From assembly GCA_029856435.1 (NCBI GenBank), contig JAHQXB010000101.1, positions 1-21,591 of the forward strand: a stretch of 21,591 nt of DNA, read 5' to 3'. Under the pieces are notes generated by a model, which was not told the DNA's origin, did no database searches, and saw only the letters and a program-made list of their open reading frames with translations. The position numbers were made by a program, and so were the translations under genes. Source of the DNA: Candidatus Jordarchaeia archaeon (GTDB lineage: Archaea; Asgardarchaeota; Jordiarchaeia; Jordiarchaeales; Jordiarchaeaceae). Below, piece after piece: positions 15,862-21,591 of this stretch (position 1 is the first letter of the stretch; each line of letters opens with the position of its first letter).

Positions 15862-17004
15862 TTATGCTTCTAGTATGATTACGCAGTTTCCTTGGGAGCA
15901 GATTCCGTTCATTCCGGTGGCTAGTCCCATTTTGGCATCTTTTACTTGCCTTTTTTCAGCTTTGCCCATTAGTTGTAGTGCAATTTCTGCTACGCGGATT
16001 AGTCCATTGGCCATGGAGGGGTTGCTTGAGAGTACACCTCCTGAGGGGTTTACTGGGAAGGTTCCGTTCATTTCTGTTTGTCCGCTGTCGATGAGTTTTC
16101 CCCCTTCACCTTTTTTGCATAGTCCTAGGGCTTCATAATTCATTAGTTCGTGGTAGGTGAATGCTTCAGAGATTTCTGCCACGTCGATTTCCTTCATGGG
16201 GTTTTTTATTCCTGCCATTTTGTAGGCTTCTCTTGCCGCTAGTTCTAGTCCTATGAGGTCGGTCATGTTGCGGTGTCCGAGGTAGTAGGCGTCTGTGCAA
16301 TTGCCGTGTCCCTTGAACCAGACGGGCGTGTCTGTATATTTTTTGGCCTTCTCTCTGTTTGTTAAGAGCATTGCTACTGCTCCATCCGAGAATGGGGGTA
16401 GATCCAGTTCTTTTAGGGGGTAGGCCATCATTTTGGATTTTAGAACTTCATCAACGGTGACTGCTTTTTTCAAGTGTGCGTAGGGATTGTTTAGGGCGTT
16501 TTTGCGGTTTTTTACTGCCACTTTTGCCGCTTGTTCTTGGGTAATTCCATACTTGTGTGAGTACATATTTGCCATTAGACCCGCTGACGAGACTTGATCC
16601 AGTCCCAGCCATCTTTGGTAGTAGGGCTCAAAAATAGAGTTGTTTACAAGGTAAATGTTTGACTCTGAGCACTTGCAGTGTGAAACCACCATCACTGTGT
16701 CATACGTTCCTTCTAGTATTCTCATTACTCCGTAGACATAGGCGAATGCTCCGTCTCCCGATACTCGGGACTCCGATTTTCCCACGGCTCCTAAAGCGTC
16801 CTGAATTGCCATGCTGGCGATTGTTCTCCCGTCGTTGAAATCGTTGGAGCTAGTTATTATGCTTCCCACGTCGTCTTTAGTTATTCCTAGTTCGTCGTAG
16901 AGTTTTTTGACGACTTCGAAAACCAGTTCAGAGTAGGGTAAATCCGCCTTTTCTTCCTCATACTTGGTTTGTGCTACTCCCACAATGGCTACTTCTTTAT
17001 CCAT
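15862..17004 (-). CDS. Thiolase-fold (SCP-x type) protein, Ltp4-like, no catalytic Cys/His
   Basis: LYDELGITKDD, SSNDFNDGR, DALGAVGKSESRVSGDGAFA, KNRKNALNNPYAH, FSDGAVA, AEISEAF, PVNPSGG. Confidence 0.88.
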   Translation of the reverse strand: MDKEVAIVGVAQTKYEEEKADLPYSELVFEVVKKLYDELGITKDDVGSIITSSNDFNDGRTIASMAIQDALGAVGKSESRVSGDGAFAYVYGVMRILEGTYDTVMVVSHCKCSESNIYLVNNSIFEPYYQRWLGLDQVSSAGLMANMYSHKYGITQEQAAKVAVKNRKNALNNPYAHLKKAVTVDEVLKSKMMAYPLKELDLPPFSDGAVAMLLTNREKAKKYTDTPVWFKGHGNCTDAYYLGHRNMTDLIGLELAAREAYKMAGIKNPMKEIDVAEISEAFTYHELMNYEALGLCKKGEGGKLIDSGQTEMNGTFPVNPSGGVLSSNPSMANGLIRVAEIALQLMGKAEKRQVKDAKMGLATGMNGICSQGNCVIILEA

Positions 17005-17643
17005 AATTTAAACCTCTACAAAGGAATTCAATTTATTCAGGCTCTGGAAACCCTACCTGTTTTGATTTTTCAAATAGGGTTTCACCCACGTTGGTTTAAA
17101 TCCAGAAGAGTACAAAACATCCATTCCTTGTTTGAATGCTTATTTTTTTGGCCTTCCGCCTTTGTTTTCCTCCACTCTAAGGTTTAATCAAAAGACTGTT
17201 CGCAGCGTCTTAACGAATTTTGGTCACTATTTTTCGCGGCGCGATTTTCTTGTGGAAGAATCACTGTAGCCACTAACGCCTCACATTTAAAGGGGTAACC
17301 CTTCTTCATATTTGCGCTGCTCTGGATTTCGTTTCTTTGGATTTGTTTTCTTTATAAAACTATCGGCAAAAACTATTCACATAAGGCCTGTGAGTAAGTG
17401 TCGCTTTCTCCTACTACCCTTATTTTTGGCTGGTTATCGCAATGTATTAGTTTTGCTCAGTACAAATGTGGAGAATCTGCATGTTGCCCCTCTTTGCTCC
17501 AAAAATTATAAATATATTGATTATTACTAAAAATGTATTCCCTAGTGGAGAAAAACAGGTTTTCTCTAATTTCAACGATCAACAGCCTTTGAATGGTTGA
17601 AGGTTGTATTACATAGATTGATTCTTAGTTGGAGGTGTTTTTT

Positions 17644-18777
17644 GTGTTGGAGCAGTTGGAAAGAAGGGAGAAGAAGTTTAGGACGCAGTCTAAGGGGAGA
17701 CTAATCGTTTCTGACATGTCTGGTGTAGAGTTGCTGGTGGCTTTTGATGTTTTGTCCAAGATGCGTGATGCGGGTAAGATCCCAGACACGCTCCTATTTG
17801 TTTCTCATGGTAAAGAATCACTGAGTCTAGGTAAGTATGAGGACCTGGATGAGATTAGGTACAAGGCTGTGAGAAGGGACGGCGTGCTGGTGGGGCGGAG
17901 AGAGAGTGGAGCTGGCACCTACTATGCTCCAAAAGGCCAAATCGCGGCGGTACTGGTGACAACCACGGACATATTTCCAAATTTGGAGGAGGCTGAGAGG
18001 ATTTGGGCGGGCGAAATAGTTCTAGAACTCTTCATTAGAGTGGGTGTTCTAGATGCCTATTATAGCCATCCGGGCGACATTCGAAAAGATGACAAAAAAC
18101 TGGGTGGAAGCACTTCCCTAATTTGGGGAAAAGGGGTTGTGGTGGGAACATTCATTAACCGGCTTACTCCCAGCGTTAAGTTCTTCACTGACTATTATGT
18201 TTATCCGGAGGAAAAGCTGAAGGACAAACTGCTGCGCGACGTAACCATGTATGCTGGTAGCATGGAAAAGGACGCACCCAGAACACCCACCGAAGAAGAA
18301 GTAAAGAGCCTCTTGCTAACCATTGTGAAACAGAAACTGGGAATGGACTTCACACCTGGAAACTTCACTGAGGAAGAAAAAGAAATGATTGCGGAGGGCT
18401 TCAAAAAACTCACCGCGGAAGAAGCAGTTACCAGCGTTTCCAAGAGCAGATGGTACAGTAAACTGCCCAACGATTGGAGAGCAGCAACTTTCAGATACAA
18501 GTCGGAAAGAACCATTAACGCCAGCGTAGCCATAGACCAGACCAAAAAGATTAGGGACATCCTCATAACTGGCGACTTTCTACTCTCCCCCCCAGACGGT
18601 CTAGAAAAAGTGGTTAACTCGCTCAAAGGAATATCGGCGGATAACCAGAAAACCATAAGCAACGCCATAGTTGAAGCCTTCAAAAATAACAAAATAGACT
18701 ACACAGGGTTCACACTTGAAGAATTCATAAAAACAATAATAGAAGCAACGAACCTTGCTATGCAACAAAAAACCTGA
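17644..18777 (+). CDS. Lipoate-protein ligase A family protein with fused C-terminal (LplB-like) domain
   Basis: RRESGAGTYY (RRxSGGG equivalent), GDI...KKLGGS with the conserved Lys, and C-terminal ITGDF. Start set at GTG 17644 (or TTG 17647) behind GGAGGTG at 17631-17637. Confidence 0.82.
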   Translation: MLEQLERREKKFRTQSKGRLIVSDMSGVELLVAFDVLSKMRDAGKIPDTLLFVSHGKESLSLGKYEDLDEIRYKAVRRDGVLVGRRESGAGTYYAPKGQIAAVLVTTTDIFPNLEEAERIWAGEIVLELFIRVGVLDAYYSHPGDIRKDDKKLGGSTSLIWGKGVVVGTFINRLTPSVKFFTDYYVYPEEKLKDKLLRDVTMYAGSMEKDAPRTPTEEEVKSLLLTIVKQKLGMDFTPGNFTEEEKEMIAEGFKKLTAEEAVTSVSKSRWYSKLPNDWRAATFRYKSERTINASVAIDQTKKIRDILITGDFLLSPPDGLEKVVNSLKGISADNQKTISNAIVEAFKNNKIDYTGFTLEEFIKTIIEATNLAMQQKT

Positions 18778-18985
18778 CAGACCAAAACTTTATCAATAAT
18801 TACAAAATCAAGTCCACAAATAGCTCCAACACTTTTGCCCATACTATAAGTATTTCCGAACTTCATCCACATAGGCTCACCTTTCCTCCCAACTGGTGGG
18901 CATTTGTAAAATTTGTGAAGATTGTTAAATTTCATCCCAAATAATAAGTAAACAAAATCAGCCGTATCCCCTATTTTTTGGGCTT

Positions 18986-18996
18986 TTATTTATAAG
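18986..18996 (+). promoter_or_regulatory. Candidate TATA box for the CoA-transferase-fold pair
   Basis: TTATTTATAAG about 50 nt upstream of ATG 19043. Confidence 0.35.
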
Positions 18997-19042
18997 TTAA
19001 TTCTACATATCGGGTTTTTAACAGTGTAAGGCTGATGTTATT

Positions 19043-19933
19043 ATGACTAGGAAAGAAGTGGTTATGAGTGTTAGGGAGGCAGCCTCAATGATAAAGAACG
19101 GCATGACCGTAGGCATTGGGGGCCTCCTAACTGCAAATCACCCCATGGCCATAATTCGCCAAATCATTAAGAACGGTGTAAAAAACCTGACATTGGTAGG
19201 CTCACCCGCAGCGGGACTAGAAATTGACCTAATAATCGGAGCGGGCGTTGCAAAGAAGGTAGCCACTGCTTACGTGGGCGGCGAATCACTCGCACCCATA
19301 GGTCCATTCTTCCAAAAGGCCGTAGTGGACGGCACTATTCAAATGTGGGAGTGTGACGAAGCAATCCTATGCACCGCGCTAAGAGCGGCGGCCGAGGGGC
19401 TACCCTTCCTCCCCTGGCTAGGCGGCGTTGGCACCTGCCTGCCCGACATTAACCCCGACCTGAAATACTTCCAAGACCCTATAAAGGGACAAAAATTGCT
19501 AGCTGTCCCCGCACTGGAACTTGACGTAGCCATACTCCACGCATCATGGAGCGACCCATACGGCAACATACAGTACGTGGGAAACACCTACGCAGACATT
19601 CTAATGGCGAGAGCCTCAAAAAAGTGTATCTTCCAAGTAGAAAAAATAGTTCCCAACGAAGACATAAAGAGAAACCCCCACCTAACAAAGATTTACGGCG
19701 TTGACGCAGTGGTGCCCGCACCCTACGGCTCCCACCCCTTCTCAAGCGATGGATTCTACGACTTAGATAGAGAACACCTCAAAGAATATGTAGAGGCTGC
19801 CAAAGCCCACATAAAGGGAAATCCTGAGCCCTTTAACCAGTACCTCAAAAAATACATCTTTAATCCAGAGTCTCACGAAGAGTATCTTGAAGTAATCGGT
19901 GTAAAGAAACTCCTCTCCCTACACAAATGGTAG
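19043..19933 (+). CDS. Class I CoA-transferase-fold alpha subunit (GctA/IpdA-like)
   Basis: GMTVGIGG, HPMAIIRQI, AAAEGLPFLP, LDVAILHA...DPYGN, VEKIVP, APYGSHP. Confidence 0.88.
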   Translation: MTRKEVVMSVREAASMIKNGMTVGIGGLLTANHPMAIIRQIIKNGVKNLTLVGSPAAGLEIDLIIGAGVAKKVATAYVGGESLAPIGPFFQKAVVDGTIQMWECDEAILCTALRAAAEGLPFLPWLGGVGTCLPDINPDLKYFQDPIKGQKLLAVPALELDVAILHASWSDPYGNIQYVGNTYADILMARASKKCIFQVEKIVPNEDIKRNPHLTKIYGVDAVVPAPYGSHPFSSDGFYDLDREHLKEYVEAAKAHIKGNPEPFNQYLKKYIFNPESHEEYLEVIGVKKLLSLHKW

Positions 19934-19936
19934 AAG

Positions 19937-20731
19937 GTGAAAAAATTGAACAAAAACAAAGATTACTCAATGAGAGAACTTCTAGCCGCTTTCATCTCCC
20001 GAGAAATAAAAGACGGAGAAACAGTACTAATAGGGGCCAACCTACCCGCGTGTCGAGCAGGCGTACTCCTCGCCCACCTAACACACGCGCCAAACATGCG
20101 CTGGCTACAGTTTTACCGAGCTAACTTTTCAGACGTGAAGCAAATAGAAAGTTTTGAATTCGTCACAGACTACTCCGGATTCAAATACTGCGAAGAAGTA
20201 CCAGAATATGAGCACCTCTGGGATACTATAAGAAAGTATGATGTCAGCTTCTTCGGAGGCCTCCAAATAGACAAATACGGAAACATAAACCTACTCGGCA
20301 TTGGCGGACAGTACCCAAAACTAATGTTACGAGGACCAGGCGCCATTGGACAATCAACAATAACAACCTACGTAGGCCGCTACTACATCTACACTGAGAG
20401 GCACCACCCAATGATTTTCGTGGACAAATGCGAGTATATAACCGCCGTAGGCTGGGGAGACGGTGAAAACTCCCGAAAAAAACTAGGCTTACCTGGAGGA
20501 GGCCCCAAATATGTACTAACACCCCTCTGCATAATGGACTTCGAAGAAAAGACCAAGAGAATGCGCCTCAAATCGGTACATCCAGGAGTATCAGTTGAAG
20601 AGGTGAAAAACAACACCGGCTTCCAACTCATAATTCCAGACCAAGTTCCAGAAACAGAACCTCCCACAAAAGAGGAACTCAGAATATTAAGAACTCGAAT
20701 AGACCTGAGGGGAACTCTAAGGGAACTATAA
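19937..20731 (+). CDS. Class I CoA-transferase-fold beta subunit (GctB/IpdB-like), canonical Glu absent
   Basis: EIKDGETVLIG, THAPN, FGGLQIDKYGNIN, GPKYVLT, HPGVSVEEVKNNTGF. True start may be TTG 19946, behind AGGTGA. Confidence 0.88.
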   Translation: MKKLNKNKDYSMRELLAAFISREIKDGETVLIGANLPACRAGVLLAHLTHAPNMRWLQFYRANFSDVKQIESFEFVTDYSGFKYCEEVPEYEHLWDTIRKYDVSFFGGLQIDKYGNINLLGIGGQYPKLMLRGPGAIGQSTITTYVGRYYIYTERHHPMIFVDKCEYITAVGWGDGENSRKKLGLPGGGPKYVLTPLCIMDFEEKTKRMRLKSVHPGVSVEEVKNNTGFQLIIPDQVPETEPPTKEELRILRTRIDLRGTLREL

Positions 20732-20788
20732 TTGGAAGTCTCTCAGCAACAACTACTTTTTTACCAATAAAAAGGAAGTGTAGTGTTT

Positions 20789-21591
20789 TTAGTAGTTGAC
20801 TTTGTCTAGTCCTTTTAGTCCCAGCATTTTTCTTGCTTCGTCAGGTGAGGCCACATCTCTCCCCAGTTCATTGACTATCCTAACCATCTTCGCAACCAGA
20901 TCCGCGTTGCTCTTTGCAAGTATGCGTTCCTTCTTCACGGGGTCGTAGCCTACATAAATGTTGTCTTCCATGCCTACCCTTATATGTCCCCCCATTATTG
21001 CCGCCATTGCTCCCAAGTGGAACTCTTGTGGGTATCCTATTCCGATTACCGACCAGGTGAAGTTTTGTGTGCCGAAGAGGCGGCTAGCCTCGTTGTAAAG
21101 GTGCATCAATTCCCAGGGTGTGTTTCCTGTTCCTCCCAGTACTCCTAGAACGAATTGCATGTGTAGGGGGAATTTAAGCCATCCGAAGCGGAGCATAGCA
21201 CCTGCATTCCAGACGCCACTGCTGCTGTAAATCTCAAGTTCCGGTTTAACATCGTTCTCATACATGGTTTTGGCAAACACTTCGAGGTCTGCAAATGAGT
21301 TCTGGAAGATCATTCCCTTACTCCATTCTACTAGGGGCTTTTCCCAGTCAGTTTTCCATTCCTTTATTCTCTCTGCGAGTGGAAACACTGAAAAGTTCAT
21401 TGATTCCACGTTGAAGGAGCACATCTCTGGCTTGAATTCTGGAACCACCGCTATTCTCTGCTGCGCGGTCATTCCTGCTCCTCCTCCGGTTGTGCAGCAG
21501 ACTATTACGTCTGTTTTTGACTTTATTTTTGTTAGGGTCTCTCTCCACACGCCCAGGTCGGCTGTGGGCATGCCGGTTTTGGGGTCTCTTA
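20789..21591 (-). CDS. Beta-keto acid cleavage enzyme family (BKACE/DUF849, Kce-like), 5' end outside the window
   Basis: TTGGG, SMNF, KPELEIY, QFVLGVLGG, GGHIRVGMEDN, SNADLV...ASPDEARKMLGL. The frame stays open to the window edge (RDPKTGMPT), so the HxH motif is presumably upstream. Confidence 0.9.
   Translation of the reverse strand, partial: RDPKTGMPTADLGVWRETLTKIKSKTDVIVCCTTGGGAGMTAQQRIAVVPEFKPEMCSFNVESMNFSVFPLAERIKEWKTDWEKPLVEWSKGMIFQNSFADLEVFAKTMYENDVKPELEIYSSSGVWNAGAMLRFGWLKFPLHMQFVLGVLGGTGNTPWELMHLYNEASRLFGTQNFTWSVIGIGYPQEFHLGAMAAIMGGHIRVGMEDNIYVGYDPVKKERILAKSNADLVAKMVRIVNELGRDVASPDEARKMLGLKGLDKVNY

Noticed and set aside
14311-16138. Overlapping alternative-frame ORFs across the thiolase/DUF35 genes
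   Set aside because: By-products of the strong strand skew, which depletes stop codons in other frames.
16969-17530. 72-aa ORFs 16969-17187 and 17312-17530 in the divergent promoter region
   Set aside because: No RBS or motifs; Phe-rich, low-complexity intergenic sequence.
1-21591. tRNA, rRNA or CRISPR array
   Set aside because: I saw no T-loop/cloverleaf pattern, no rRNA-like block and no regularly spaced direct repeats.

Overview
Archaeal window. Strong GGAGG/GAGGTG ribosome-binding sites, BRE-TATA promoters and two longin-type genes suggest an Asgard archaeon (inference). Left to right: (1) a minus-strand aspartate-family operon lysC > ACT-domain protein > hom > thrC; (2) two head-to-head small genes that look like longin/uDENN proteins, one with a C-terminal winged helix resembling that of GATOR1 NPRL2; (3) a conserved hypothetical protein and a YdjM-like membrane hydrolase; (4) a ~245 bp decayed IS200/IS605 remnant that keeps the tnpB 3' end and right end, i.e. 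the omegaRNA-encoding part; (5) an SPFH/double-zinc-ribbon gene with a helical partner; (6) an ~11 kb acyl-CoA catabolic region. That region holds a PaaK-like ligase plus a truncated, motif-dead paralogue, an Ltp4/Ltp3-like thiolase-fold pair with two DUF35 proteins, a divergent lipoate-ligase-family protein, a class I CoA-transferase-fold alpha/beta pair whose beta subunit lacks the usual catalytic Glu, and a BKACE/DUF849 gene running off the window end. Strand composition also flips sharply inside genes. I saw no tRNA, rRNA or CRISPR array. All family assignments come from motif recognition and remembered reference sequences, not from database searches.
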